Shown here: piece by piece, positions 12,210 to 25,165 of the stretch
Numbering within the stretch: position 1 is the first letter of the stretch
Layout of the letters: each line of letters opens with the position of its first letter
From: the human T2T-CHM13v2.0 reference genome, Homo sapiens
DNA: 64,000 nt
Reading direction: 5' to 3' (one strand)
NCBI RefSeq assembly: GCF_009914755.1
Contig: NC_060931.1
The notes under the pieces: model-generated
What the model was told of the DNA's origin: nothing
The model's input: the letters and a program-made list of their open reading frames with translations, nothing else
The model's database searches: none
Translations under genes and position numbers: made by a program

Positions 12210-12770
12210 TTAAGCAGACTGACAAGGTCCCTACTCTCAATGAGTTTACAATTCATTGGAAAAGTTAAGCAATCACATACATGCACACACATATGCAGAG
12301 CAAGAAAGAGATACATGAATTTAAAAATGTATGCAATGTTGTGAAAGCATAACATAAAAAGTCTGATATAATCCACTGGATTACGGACAAATTCCTTAAA
12401 GGCACAGCATTTGAACCAACATGATAAAAATGAGGATAATTTTACTAAGTGTAGACAATGGTGGCAGGCATAAAGAGGTGTGCCAAGCAGAAAGTACGCA
12501 AGCACAAAGCCCCCGAGGAAGTGGGGAGCATGACTCATGCCTGGAACTGAAGGAAAGTCAGTGTTGCTGAAACACCGAGCCTGGGGGAAAGTAACACAGA
12601 GAGAAGAGGCAGAGGCCAGATTATGCATAGCTCTCTGGACCATATTACAGATTTTGGCTTTTATCCTAAGATTAATGAGAAGATACGGAAAAGTTTCTTT
12701 CAAGCAAGGGAAAAGGATAATAGAAGGTGAACTTCAAAGAGAATGGAGAATGGTTTGGAGAAAGGCAAAC
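12210..12770 (-). mobile_element. L2 LINE fragment
   Basis: 'gacaaggtccctactctcaatgagtttacaattc...ggccagattatgcatagctct...gattttggcttttatcctaag'. Confidence 0.7.
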
Positions 12771-13040
12771 ATGGATGTACTTGGCTCAGTATCTCTGTCT
12801 TTGATACTATCCCTCCAAATTTATCACCTACATAGGTAACACTTCTAATAGCTTGGTCACACAGTTCCTTCATCTATTCTCAGTGCTCTTCTCATTCACC
12901 CTACTTGAAACACTACTGGTCTGAAAGTGGGCCTTGTCATTACCAACCATGGCACTCCCACCATAATCTCAGTCTCAAGAACCTCATTCTCACTCTCTGG
13001 CCATCAATTCCTACCTTTTCAGCTCATTTCCTCTAGTAAC

Positions 13041-13135
13041 TCTATTAGTTTCCTGTTGCTGCCATAACAAATTACCACAAACTTGGGGGCTTAAAACAAC
13101 ACAAGTTATCTTACAGTTCTGAAGACCAGAAATGT
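13041..13135 (-). mobile_element. MLT1 LTR fragment
   Basis: 'tattagtttcctgttgctgccataacaaattaccacaaacttgggggcttaaaacaacac' is the MLT1 3' terminus reversed. Confidence 0.75.
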
Positions 13136-13494
13136 GCAAGACTCACTGGCCAAAATCAGTTTAATCAGAGCCTTCTCCATACCTAACATAGCAGCAGAAT
13201 TTGGGGTAGTTGCTCACTTCCTTATGTTGAAACACTTTCTTCACTTGGTTTCTAGACACAAGTTTATCTTAAGAGTCCCCTCCTACCTGTGGTCATCCTT
13301 TCTCAACCCCCATTATGAGGTCCTCTTCATCTCTTTACACTACAACATTGGTGTATTCTAGGGTCTGGTTCATAGGTATCTTCTCTATTTATTCTCACTC
13401 CTCAAACAATCTACTTTTGCTCAGGATTTTAATTATCTTATAAGATATGCTTTCAAATATCACTATACTTCCACTAGAATGTATGTCATTTTAG

Positions 13495-13750
13495 ATGTGG
13501 TACAGTGTAGTGGAAAAAAATCTCAAGCTCTGGAAGAGAGTGTCTTGTACTCTACTCTGCCAGTTACTAGCAAAGTGGTCCTGAGCAAATTAGTATTCTT
13601 GCCTCAGTGTTCTCATCCATAAAATGGGGCTAACAATAGTGAATTTACAAAGATACTTTGAGGACTAAATGAGTGAATAAATATGCAAAGTGCCTAAAAC
13701 AGTGCCCAGCATATTGTAACACTCAGTAAATGATGTGCATTATTATTATG
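13495..13750 (+). mobile_element. MIR SINE, near full length
   Basis: 'gtggtacagtgtagtggaaa...gcctcagtgttctcatccataaaatgggg...aaagtgcctaaaacagtgcccagc...attattatt'. Confidence 0.85.
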
Positions 13751-14659
13751 AGGCATCCACTTGACTTTTTAAAATCTGAAATCTTGATTTCCTTCCAAAA
13801 ACAATATGCTTCTACAGTCTTCTCTATTTCACTAAATATCAATTCTATCCTTAAACATGTTTGGGAGAAAACTGGAAGTTATTCTTTCTTTTATACCTAC
13901 GGCCAACCCCATCAACAAATTTTTAGTTCTGCTTTCAAAATACATCGGGACTTTCATAGTTTCTCATCATTTCCATTAATAAAACCTGAATCTAAGTCTT
14001 AGTATAAGGTTGATATCTCTCATCCTAATTATTTCTTCAGGTTGACAACTGATTTCACTGATTCTACTCTTAACCCCTTAAAATCAGTTTTCAATACAGC
14101 AGCCAGAGTGACCATATTAAAATTATATTCCTTATCTGCCCAAAACCCTCCTGTAGTTTTACATTCACTTAGAATATAGGTCAAGGCCCTTACCATGGCC
14201 TCAAGGCTACAAGTGACCTGGCTCAATCTTTGAGGAGCCAATAAGATTTAAAAAAAAAATCCTACTATTCATACTATTGATTACTGTAATCATGCTGACC
14301 TCCTTGATGTTCCTCAGATTCTCCACCTAAGAGCCAAACTTCGAACTGACCGAAAAGTCTTACACTTGCAAAGCTCCATACTTCCTTTACCCTATGTTCT
14401 TCTCAGCATTTACTGCTATTTGGCATACTATGTATTTGTTTATTAGTTCTTGCTTCCACCAAATCAACTGTCAACTTCCTAAGAACAAATAGTTTGTTTT
14501 ATCTACGGTTGTGTCTCCAAAGCCTAGAACTGTGTCTGGCATATGGTAGTGAATGAACAAATAAATATATAAGTGTATGTTTTATACAATCAGTTGTATT
14601 ATAATGACATTCAAGGAGCTCAGGAAGACTCCAAAAATAATATGTTTCGATTAAAAATT

Positions 14660-14950
14660 ATTGACTTGGTGCTGGAGATTGAGTTGGAATGTTAAGAGCA
14701 CTAGATGCATGATCTGTAGCTCAGAAGAAAAACTGAGATGTGGATATAAGTTTGAGGTTCACTTGTGTAGAGATATAATTGAAATTACAAAAGATGGATA
14801 AGATCCCCAAGGGAGACAGTACACATTGAGAACAGAGAGGAGCATCACGTGGAAACTTGAAGGACTCCAACACAGACTTGAAGCCAGGAAAGGAGAATTC
14901 CCCAGTGAAGGGAAGGGAAATAAAGGACAACAGATAAGAGGCAGCACAGG
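14660..14950 (-). mobile_element. L2 LINE fragment
   Basis: 'gatctgtagctcagaaga...gatataagtttgagg...gatggataagatcccca'. Confidence 0.55.
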
Positions 14951-15879
14951 TGAGTAGGCAACTCTAACCTGTTTGAAGTTTACTGGGAAACAAATATTGT
15001 TGTATTGAGGGATAGAGTCAATGCTGAAGAGGGCCAGGATCCACAGGTTTTGTGTGACTTATTAGGGATACTAAAGTATAGATCGGGGACCCTGAAGACT
15101 CCAGGATGAAAAATAGAGTCAAATGGGCTAAATGGATTAAGTGCCAAGTTTTAGAGAAACAGTATTTCTAATGACATTAAATAGTGAAGGCTGCTATTTT
15201 GGTTTTCAGTATTTTTTGTATTTGAATACCCAACAAAAATTTTCTTGGCAAAGAACTTCTATGTGTCTAGCCTCATTAAAATCCTTCAGAAATATTGGGA
15301 GAAATTACTCTTAAAGAAAAGGACATGTTTTGGTTGAATTACACAGCTTAAAGAGTTTACTCTCAAGACTTCTCAATATTTCCATAGGACTGAAACTTCT
15401 TTGTATTAAATCATCTAAAAGAAAGTTATTTCACAATAAATGAACCAAATGAATGGCTAAACATATTCTGTTTGGTTTTTTTCCTTCCAATTATCCTTGA
15501 TGGCTCTGGAAACAAATGTTATGATTTCCTGGGCTTTCAGAAATAAAGTGGATTTTTAAGCACTTCATATCACACAAGAAATTTACATAGGAATCATCCA
15601 GAAAAATTAATTGGAAGAGAGGGTCACCTATCACCTATGAGGAATTAAAGAAGGCTTGAAAATGAAAAAGCAAGCGGGGGTATTGTTTACAATCAAAACA
15701 GCACCAGAATATAAAGTGGTATGTACAATTGGTATAGCCTTAAACCACTTATACCATTAATTCAATCCACAAATATTTTATTCAACAATGATTGCTCAAT
15801 CAGTGTAGCATTATTTAAACATAAATGTCATGGCCTGTTAAGTTTAGTCTTTGTTCAAGGAGCACATAGAACGTTTTCC

Positions 15880-16155
15880 CACTGATACCTGAACAGCTCT
15901 CACTCACTTCTTTGAGAAGTAACCCTTTAAGATGGCCTTTCTCTGACAATCCCATAAAAATTTGCAATCATTCTGTCAATTTTCCACTTTAACTGTCATT
16001 TATTTGTTTGCTGTCTGCTCCCCACCCTACCCCAAATAAAGTGAGACATCTTTGAAAGCAGAAATTTTGTTTTATCACTGATGTACTCCCGATGCCTGCT
16101 GTGTAACAGAGACTCAAGAAGTATTTTGTTTGAATTAAGGAATAAATGAATGAAA
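15880..16155 (+). mobile_element. L2 LINE 3' end
   Basis: 'tcactgatgtactcccgatgcct...actcaagaagtattttgtttgaattaaggaataaatgaatgaa'. Confidence 0.65.
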
Positions 16156-16594
16156 CATACTTATAAGAAAAAGAGGCTATGGGAAAATTAATCTTATACT
16201 ACTATTTACAGCTATCTGATGTTTATACTGTTCCAGAGAAATTACATAATACAGAGGAAAAATGGAGAAAAGTCTTTGTGGATAACGATTTGAGAGTCTG
16301 GCTATTAAACCCAGCTCTGCCATTTTCTAACTATGCAGTGTGGGGTCCATTCTTAATCCTTTATGCATCAAATTTTTCACTTATAAGTACCAACCACCAA
16401 TTCCACCACACTTAACTGCAGTAGGAGAGAACATGGCAGGATCTTTGCAGTATCTCAGATCTGAGAAGTCAGAAAACGACATTAGTATTGTTTTAGGACC
16501 TGCCTAGTTTTAGAACAGGTCTTTCAAGAATTAAGATGGGGAAGGATTTATAATGTAATACTTTTGGATTGGTTGCCCCAGTGAGGTGAAGTTC

Positions 16595-16894
16595 TTTTTT
16601 ATTTTTTTAAGAGACAATGTCTCACTTTGTCACCCAGGCTGGAATCCAGTGGCACAATCATAGCCCACTGCAGCCTCAAACACCCGGGCTAAAAAAATCC
16701 TCCCATCTCTGACTTCCAAGTAAATAGGACTACAGGCACATACTACAGAGCCGGGCTAATTTTTAAAAATTTTTTGTGGAGCTAGCATAACACTTCCTTT
16801 CCCAAGCTGGTCTGCAATTGCTGAATTCAAGCAATTCTCTTGCTTTGTCCTCCCAAAGTGCTGGGATTGCTGGCATAAGCCACCATGCTCAGCC
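16595..16894 (-). mobile_element. AluJ (Jo-like)
   Basis: Diverged dimeric Alu ('atcatagcccactgcagcctcaaac'). TSD tgaggtgaag(t/g)tctt at 16582-16596 and 16895-16909. Confidence 0.92.
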
Positions 16895-17229
16895 TGAGGT
16901 GAAGGTCTTGAAGAAAGTCTTGCTGAGTAAACTGTTAGTCTTGATTTTTAAAAAAAAAATACTGTTTTAGTTGGTTCACAGTATTATCCTCTTCAATTTG
17001 GTGTACCCTGGAGTAGGTAGCTAAGTTATTCTCAATATTGGGAAAGGAAAGTATGTTTGTGTTCAGTATCTTTTTAACATGGGATGATAAATTGCATTGG
17101 TTTCAGTTCTCTAATATGACAGTGTGATAATCTCTGCCCAGTCCCAGAGTAATAAGGATCAAAGAAGATTGACATTTATAGAAAGAGATACTGTTATTAT
17201 TATAACGTTCAATACAATAAATATATTGA

Positions 17230-17590
17230 ACTCTTACCATGTACAAGAAACAACGTTAGTCTCTAGAAATGATACTGAGAGAAATAAACACATTATCTTT
17301 AGGAGTTTACAACTTTGATAAGATAGTTAAAACCAAAAATACTAATAACTGAACAAAAGTCACAGTAAGGCAGGTATCATAAGAAAGTTACTCAAGAATT
17401 ATGACAAAGTTTTCATCAAGGAGACCTGTGTTTGATAGTGATTCAACATGATATTTGTAAAAGAGGGAGCATTTGAGATAAGTTTTCAAGAAGAGATAGA
17501 TGCTGTCAATTACACAGGGAAGCAGAGGCAACAAGTTTAAGCCAGGCAGAAGGAACACCCTGAACAGAAGCATGCATCATATTAAGGAAT
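17230..17590 (-). mobile_element. L2 LINE fragment
   Basis: 'caataaatatattgaactcttaccatgtacaag...aggagtttacaact...gcatttgagataagttttcaag'. Confidence 0.6.
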
Positions 17591-17609
17591 TGTTTGCACT
17601 AAAACGAAT

Positions 17610-17790
17610 TGTATGGTCCAATGAGTTTGGAAAATCTGGTCAAAACTAAACAAATTTCTTTATTGCAGGCCATTGTGGGCTTTCATATGTGATGATCCAT
17701 TGTTTTCCAAGAAGGATACACACTGTATACACTTCCTGAACTTACATAATCATGGAACAATGCCCTCCCCTGTTTAGAGTATCTCATTGG
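17610..17790. mobile_element. Old hAT-Charlie-type MER DNA transposon remnant
   Basis: 'gagtttggaaaatctggt..aaactaaacaaatttctttattgcagg...ttccaagaaggata...catggaac' resembles recalled MER112/117-class elements; exact family uncertain. Confidence 0.45.
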
Positions 17791-18411
17791 ACTTTTTGCT
17801 ACCAAACACATTTCAGTTAAAATTGAAATGGCGACAGGTAAGAAAATTAGGTAGTGTGTGGCAGGAAATCATCAATACGGTAAGCAGAAATTATGATTGT
17901 TCAATGCTTTACATGGATCAGTTTGTCAGCCTTATGTGCAACACACTGGAACAAGGAGAAAAAGGGAATCAGAAGGGGAGGCTGCATTTTTCCCTCAGTA
18001 CCCCAAATAAAAACCATGTAGAGATGCAGCATGAGGTGGAAGCAAGGACAGCAATGGGATTCAAAATGTAATGAAGTAAACTCTGCAGAATATGACAAAT
18101 GATAAGATATCAGAGGTGGAATATAAGACAAAGTAGATAATGAGATGTTGAGCGTGGTTCCTGGTAGACTCCTGATGCCAATGACAGCCAGGAAACGAAG
18201 GAAATATCTGGGGTTTTTAACACAGTGAATTTCTTATTCTACTTCTTTTTAAAAGAAAGCTTTGTGTATATAAATGTTAACACTTCTATAGCTGCATCCT
18301 TGTAAAGAAAATGCTTTAAGATATTTTATTTTTCTGAAGTAGAAAAGTTTCATGATTTTGAACTTTCCATGAGAAATCTAATGCTGTTAAAACATACTTT
18401 ATTCAATCATT

Positions 18412-18730
18412 TATTAATTAATTAATTTGTTTACTTATTTTATTTTTTTAAGACAGGCTTACTCTGTCACCCAGGCTGGAGTACAGTGGTGCTATCTGGG
18501 CTCACTGCAACCTCCGCCTCTGGGGTTCAAGTCATTCTCGTGTCTCAGCCTCCAGAGTAGCTGAGATTACAGACATGCACCACGACCCCTGGTTAATTTT
18601 TGTGTTTTTAGTAGAGATGGGGTTTCTCCATACTGGCCAGGTTGGTCTTGAACTCCTGGCCTCATGTAATCTGCCTGCCTTGGGCTCCCAAAGTGCTGGG
18701 ATTACAGGCATGAGCCCACCATGCCCAGCC
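18412..18730 (-). mobile_element. Alu (Jb/Sx-like)
   Basis: Full dimeric Alu in reverse with a degenerate (TTAT)n tail. Confidence 0.95.
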
Positions 18731-19859
18731 CATGTTTTATAAGTTAATAAAATATTTATTGTTTCTTTATTATGCAGAACGTATCTCATAGGTATACCTA
18801 CTATGTGTTAGAAATACCTTTAAAGCATGTCAAAGCTAATGCTTATCCTAATTTATCCAAAGTAATTCTTTGTCTTTGCATTAAAAGTTTCAAATAAACA
18901 GACCCACACTTTGCTCAGGTAATTAGTACGTGTAAATAACTAAGTATTAGACTTATTAAGAAAGAGCAAGACTGTAAGCTGAGAAAAAATAGCTTCTCAC
19001 GTGGGTGCTAGAGTCAATATTGTAAAGGAAGTTTTAAATTCTACCCAAATTACTTAGACATTCTCTCCTGAATTGTCTTGCCTTAAAAAAAAATCTGTTA
19101 ATTCAGCCTAAAATGTCTTCATTTCATTTACATAACACAAGACTTGTCACAGTATGAAGCTACCTAAAATAGTTATTATGTCTTTGGGCAAAAATAGGCA
19201 GACAGCATTGGGGAGAAAAGCATGTGTGTGCTTAGATCCCCTACAGAGACAGAGATTATATGTCTGGTTTCCTAAATACCAGAAGCTAGACTGGATTAAA
19301 ATTGTGCCATTGAAAGACTCCCAAATGTATCTGGGTGCTATCCAAGTTTCTTGCTTCCCAAAAATACCTGGTTCCCAGGGGAGAGAAAGGAGGAACATGG
19401 GGAAATATGATTTTGTTTTTATCACTCATTATTGTAAGAGACAACCTTGTCTGAGCAAATGGCACGAGGAAATGACATACTCTTTCCATGGACATGATTT
19501 GGGCAGTTTTCAATGACCTTGGAAAAGGTTTTTCTCTGTCAACATAATCATCGATAAAAATCTCATTCACTCAGGTTTGGAAGTTTGTTTAATTGATAAA
19601 GTGCTCTGAGGTACCAAATAAGAAGTGCTAAACAAGGGTGATATGTTTTCCATTATTAATTCCATATTGAAACCACAGGAAGATGAGCTACCTATAGGCC
19701 AATTTAAGGCACAGAGTATAGAAAAGGATTAAAGATACATGCCTTTGAAAAGCACTTGGGAACTGAGGGTAAGGGAACATGAAGATAAAAAGTCTAGGGG
19801 TGTCATGACCAGTTTCTAAAAGGTATAGGTAAAGTACAGGGGATTTTTCAAGCAGTAAA

Positions 19860-21560
19860 ATTATTTCAAATGGAATATTAATGATGAATACAAGACATTA
19901 TTTTACAGCACAAAGAATAAACCTTAATTAAGATTTTTTAAATAACTCATGAGATGAGGAGGATCTCAGGAAGGAATGCAGACTGTGACAAAAGAATCTA
20001 GCTGTATTACAAATGCAGAAAACAACCGCACTGAAGAGGATGGGGAAATGGTGCTGATCTAAGTATCTTTGGAAAGGAGTGGAGTCTGTAAGACTAAAGG
20101 CAAAAGGAACACATAAGCAATGTAGTCAGTTAATAATGTTATTTCCAACGGGGTTGTGGGTTAACAATTCTGATGCTACTATACATTTAAACTGGAATGA
20201 TGTGCTCTGAATGGAGAAGCTATAAAATTTAAACAAACTGGAATGGAACAATTCGTAAAGTTTCTCACTGTTGGAGTATGAGTTTACAGCAAAACAAGTA
20301 TAAGAGTGGTCATGGATTAGACTTGGAGATGTAAGTATTAACTCATGTTTGTCTTAATACAGATACAAATGAATACATATAGAAATATCCACAGGTACGT
20401 GTATATACATGGGTTGGTATAAACATATATATTTGCTCTACTGTCTGAGAGGAACTAAAAGAAATGACCAGTAGCAATAAACACACCAGGCTGGCCAGAT
20501 CTTGGTTTCTAGTACCACCCTTCAATAAAGGAATCAAGATCTTTGCAAAAATGGCTGATTCTAGGATTGGGAAAAAAAATACACGGGATGAACCTGGAGC
20601 ATCTTGTAGCACCAGAAAGTATGGAAATGCTCAAACACACATACAAGTGTACACATACCCAAACACACATCCCACATTGATAGGGTATGTCAAAGGAGGG
20701 CAGTAGCTAAGAGCTCCCAATTGCCAAATCTGAAACAATTGAATCAACAAAACAAATTAAGTAGTATTTTTACAACTCAAAATATATAATAAATGTCAAT
20801 ATTGATAAAAATAAATATAATATTTATTTATTTATAAATAAATGACAGAGACAAGATAAGCACTCTTATCTTGTCAAAGAACCTCCACCTCCCGGGTTCT
20901 TATAGAAGAATTTCAAATAATCAATGCAGTTACTTTGTCCTCAAGCAGCCTAACTCCCACTCCTTAGATGTGGTCTCTACATAATCACTTATTTTTAAAG
21001 AGTACTAGAAAGAATGGGGAAACGTAACTTTGCAGTAGAGAAACCTGACAAGCATTACCTCAGCCAAGTGATCAAGGTCAACATCAACAGTGATAAGTCA
21101 TGTTGATAGTATATACCCTCCATATGATGTGGTGATGGCACTTTTGCACTATGGTCTACTTCCTAGTAACCCCAACCCCAGTCATATCATAAGAAAGCAT
21201 CACAAACTGCAACAGTGGAGTATACTGTGAGATACTGAATTGGTAACGCTTCAAAGCTATGAAAGTCATGAAAAACAAGGAATGTCTCAGAGACTGCCAA
21301 AGTCAAGAAGAACCTAAAGAGACATAACTATATATAATATTCTATATAGAATTGTAGAACCAGCAAAGAATATTAGGTGAAAACAAAAGGTATATGATAC
21401 TTTATTGATTTTATTTAATAATAATTTATTAATATTGGTACATTAATTATATCTAATGTTTCATATTAATATAAGATGTTAATAATAGGGGAAACTAGGT
21501 TTAGGGTATATGGAAACTGTACTACACTAATTTTTCTGTAAATCTAAAAATAAACCTTAT
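19860..21560 (+). mobile_element. Old L1MC/MD-type long 3'UTR
   Basis: 'ggatctcaggaaggaatgcagactgtgaca', 'agagaaacctgacaagcattacctcagccaagtgatcaaggtcaacatc', and terminus 'aataataggggaaact...tttttctgtaaatctaaaa'. Confidence 0.8.
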
Positions 21561-22807
21561 TAATAACAGATTATTTATATATAAAGTATGTGGGATGTGA
21601 GAGTAAAGGGTAAAAAAAAAAAAAAAAAAGATAACTATGATCATAAGGTTAAGTCCTGAAATGGAGAAGAATTAAATAGAGCAGGAGGAGGATGAACTAA
21701 AAAGAAGGTAGAAAATGAGATTCTTTTCCATTCAGTCTTGATAGAAATTCAATTATACTTTGACATCACTTGGAGTCATTCTTTTTATATTACTAAAGTT
21801 CTAAATGTAGTATATTAATATGAATAGCCACAAATTCTACATATTTTCACATGTTTGATATTTTATAGACTGAGACTCCGGGAGTACTAGAACATCGTTT
21901 CATCTCCATCTCTAAGGATAGTTATATAGCCTTTCCTAAAGTCAGTTTCCTCATCAATAAAATGAAAATAAAACAATATATACTCATTAAATGAATGAAT
22001 AATTATATAATTACTGATTTAGTTATTTCAATTTGCAAGTAAAAGTTTTATATATTTATTATATACAAATGATGTTTCAACATTTGTATACATTCTGGAA
22101 TGAATAAATTAAGCTATTTAACATATATATTACCTTACATGTGTATTTTTTGTGGTGAGAATGCTTAAACTCTACTCTCAACAATTTTCAAATACACAAT
22201 ATATTGTTATTAACTGTAGTCATTATAATGTACAATAGGACTTTAAGCCTATTCTTCCTAACCGAAATTTTGTGTCTTTTGTCCAATATCTCCCCAATCT
22301 CTTCACCCTCCAGCTTCTAGTAATCACAATTTTGCTCTGTTTCCATGAGGTCAACTTTTTTACAGTCTACATATACCTGAGATTGTGCCATATTTTTCTT
22401 TTTGTGCCTGGTTTATTACACTTAACAAATGTCCTCCAGTTTCATCCATGTTTTTGCAAATGAAAAGATTATGTTGTTTTTTGAGTCTGAACAGTATTCC
22501 ATTTGTATATATGCTACATTTTCTTTATTTATTCATCCACTGATGAACACTTAGGTTGAATGCATATCTTGGCTACTGTGAAAAATGCTGCAATTAACAT
22601 GGGAATGCAGATATCTCTTCAAGATAGTAGTTTTATTTTCACTGGATATACACCCAGAAGTTAGATTGCTGGATCATATGGTAGTTCTACTTTACTTTCT
22701 TAGGACCCTCCATATTGGTTTTCCACAACGGCTGTACTGATTTACATTCCCATCAACAGGGTACAAGGGTCTTCTTTTCTTTACCATCCTTACCAACACT
22801 TGTTATT

Positions 22808-23319
22808 TGTGATGGTTAATAGTAAATGTCAACATGATTGGATTGAAGGATGCAATATTGATCCTGGGAGTGTCTGTGAGGGTGATGCCAAAAGAGATTA
22901 ACATTTGAATCAGTGGGCTAGGAAAGGCAGACCTACCCTTAATCAGGTGGGCAACATCTAATCAGCTGCCAGTGAATATAAAGCAGGCAGAAAAACATGA
23001 AGAGGCGAGACTGGCCTAGACTCCCATCCTACATCTTTTGCCCGTGCTGGATGCTTCCTGCCCTCAAACATCAGACACCAAATTCTTCAGTTTTGAGAGA
23101 CTCGAATTGGCTCTCCTTGCTCCTCAAGCTTGCAGACAGCCTATTGTGGGACCTTGTGATTAATAAACTCCCCTTTACATATATGTGTGTGTGTGTGTGT
23201 GTGTGTATATCTAATATATGTATAATTTATATATAAAATATATAATATATATAATATATACATAATATATAATATATATCCTGTTAGTTCTGTCCCTCTA
23301 GAGACCCCTGACTAATACA
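22808..23319. mobile_element. MLT2A (ERVL) solo LTR with an internal (TG)n/(TA)n tract
   Basis: TG...CA termini 'tgtgatggttaata...gtcaac..gattggattgaaggatgc' and 'ttagttctgtccctctagaga.ccctgactaataca'; TSD ttatt/ttata (1 mismatch). Confidence 0.92.
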
Positions 23320-24863
23320 TTATATATTGTCTTTTTTATAATAGCCATCCTAAGAGGTATGAGGTGATATCCCATTGTGGTTTTCATGTACGATTCCCTG
23401 ATGATTTCTGATATTGGGCATTTTTTCATACACCTGTGGCCATTTGTATGTCTTCTTTGGTGCAACATCTATTCAGGTCCATTTCTTTTTAAGCAGCTTA
23501 TTTGTTTTCTCACTCTTTAATTGTTTTAATTCCTTACATACCTTGGAATTTAACCACTTATCAGCTATATGATTTGCAAATATATTTTGTCATTCCTTGG
23601 GTTGTCTCAAACTCTGTAGATTGTTTCCTTTGCTGTGCAAAATTCTTTTATTTTATCTAATCCCATTGCCCAGACAAATGCTATGGAGCTTTTCCCCTGT
23701 GTTTTTATCTAGTTTTTTACAGTTTCAGGAACGACCTTTATAGGTCTTCAATCCATTTTAAGTTGATTCTTGTATATGGTGTGAAATGAGAGTTCAATTT
23801 GTTCTTCTGCATGTGAATATCCAGTTCCCAGTTAATGTGTCTATTTTTATTCCAGTACCATACTGTTTTAATTACTATAGTTTAGTAGTAGATTTTGAAA
23901 TCAGGTAGTGTGACGCTTCCAACTTTGTTCTTTTCTGCTTAAGATTGCTTTGGCCATTTTTTAAAATTTCAGCTTTTAGATTAATGGGATACATATGCAA
24001 GTTTTTTACCTGGGTAAATTGAGTGATGCTGGGTTTGGGGTACAAATGGTTCTGTCACTCAGGTAGTGAGTATAGTATCCAATAGGTAATTTTTCAGCCC
24101 TCACAATCTCTATCCCTCCCTCCCCACTCTAGTAGTCCTCAATGTCTTTTGTTCCCATCTTTATATCCATGTACTCAATGTTTAGTTCCCACCTATAACT
24201 GAGAATATGTGGTATTGGGTATATGGAGCCAAAAATGGGCCCAAATAGCCAAAGCAATCCTTAACAAAAAGAGCAAAGCTAGATGCATCACATTACCTGA
24301 TTTCAAAAAATATTATAAGGCTACGGTAATCAAAACAGTATGGTACTGATATAGAAACAGACACATGGTACCGATATAGAAACAGACACATAGACCAGTG
24401 GAACAGGATAGAGAACCTAGAAATACAGCCACAACCATCTGATCTTCAACTAAATCAACAAAAACAAGCAATGAGAAATGCAATCCCTATTAAATAAATG
24501 GTGTGGGAGGAGCCAAGATGGCTAATTAGAAGCAGCCTGCAGTCCACAGCTCTCACCAAGAAAAACGAAAACTGGTGAGTGAATTCTGCACCTTCAATGG
24601 AGGTATCCAGATTCTCATATTGGGACTGACTAGGTAGTTGGCATGACCCATGGAAAGCAAAGAAAAGCAGCATGTGGTGACAGCCCACCCTGAAGTGGCA
24701 CAGAACAAGAGGAGCTCCCCCTGCCAGACAAGGGAGGTAGTGAGTGCTACCCCTCCCAGGAAACTACCACTTTTCTCACGGATCTTTGCAACACATGGAT
24801 CGGGCAGCCCTCCTGAGCCCATGCCACCAGGGCCTTGGGTCCCAAACACAAAGCTATGCAGAA

Positions 24864-25165
24864 TTTTTTTTTTTTTTTTTTTTTTGGAGACGGAGTCTCA
24901 TTTTGTCACCCAAGATACAGTGAAGTGGCGAGATCTCAGCTCACTACAATCTCTGCTTCCTGGGTTCAAGCAATTTTCCTGCCTCAGCCTCCCGAGTAGC
25001 TAGGATTACAGGCACCCACTACCACGCCTGGCTACTTTTTTATTTTTAGTAGGCAAGGTTTCACCATGTTGGCCAGGCTGGTCTCAAACTCCATACCTCA
25101 AGTGACCTGCTCATCTCAGCCTCCCAAAGTGCTAGGATTACAGGCATGAGCCACTGCACCCAGCC
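24864..25165 (-). mobile_element. AluS (Sx/Sz-like) inside the L1 5'UTR
   Basis: Poly(T) plus reversed Alu; TSD gctatgcaga at 24853-24862 and 25167-25176. Confidence 0.95.

Larger units (their letters stand above)
12840..14565 (+). mobile_element. L2 LINE fragments, interrupted by an MLT1 piece and a MIR
   Basis: L2 body words ('gcagccagagtgaccat', 'caaggcccttaccatggcct') and terminus 'gcctagaactgtgtctggcatatggtagtgaatgaacaaataaat'. Confidence 0.7.

Noticed and set aside
12182-12839. 173-aa and 100-aa ORFs
   Set aside because: They lie within a decayed L2 and have no coding signature.
16415-17112. Possible LTR (MER21/MER34-like) surrounding the AluJ
   Set aside because: Termini and TSD not convincing enough to name from memory.
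19147-19570. Three overlapping ORFs of 92-120 aa
   Set aside because: No recognisable protein or splice structure.
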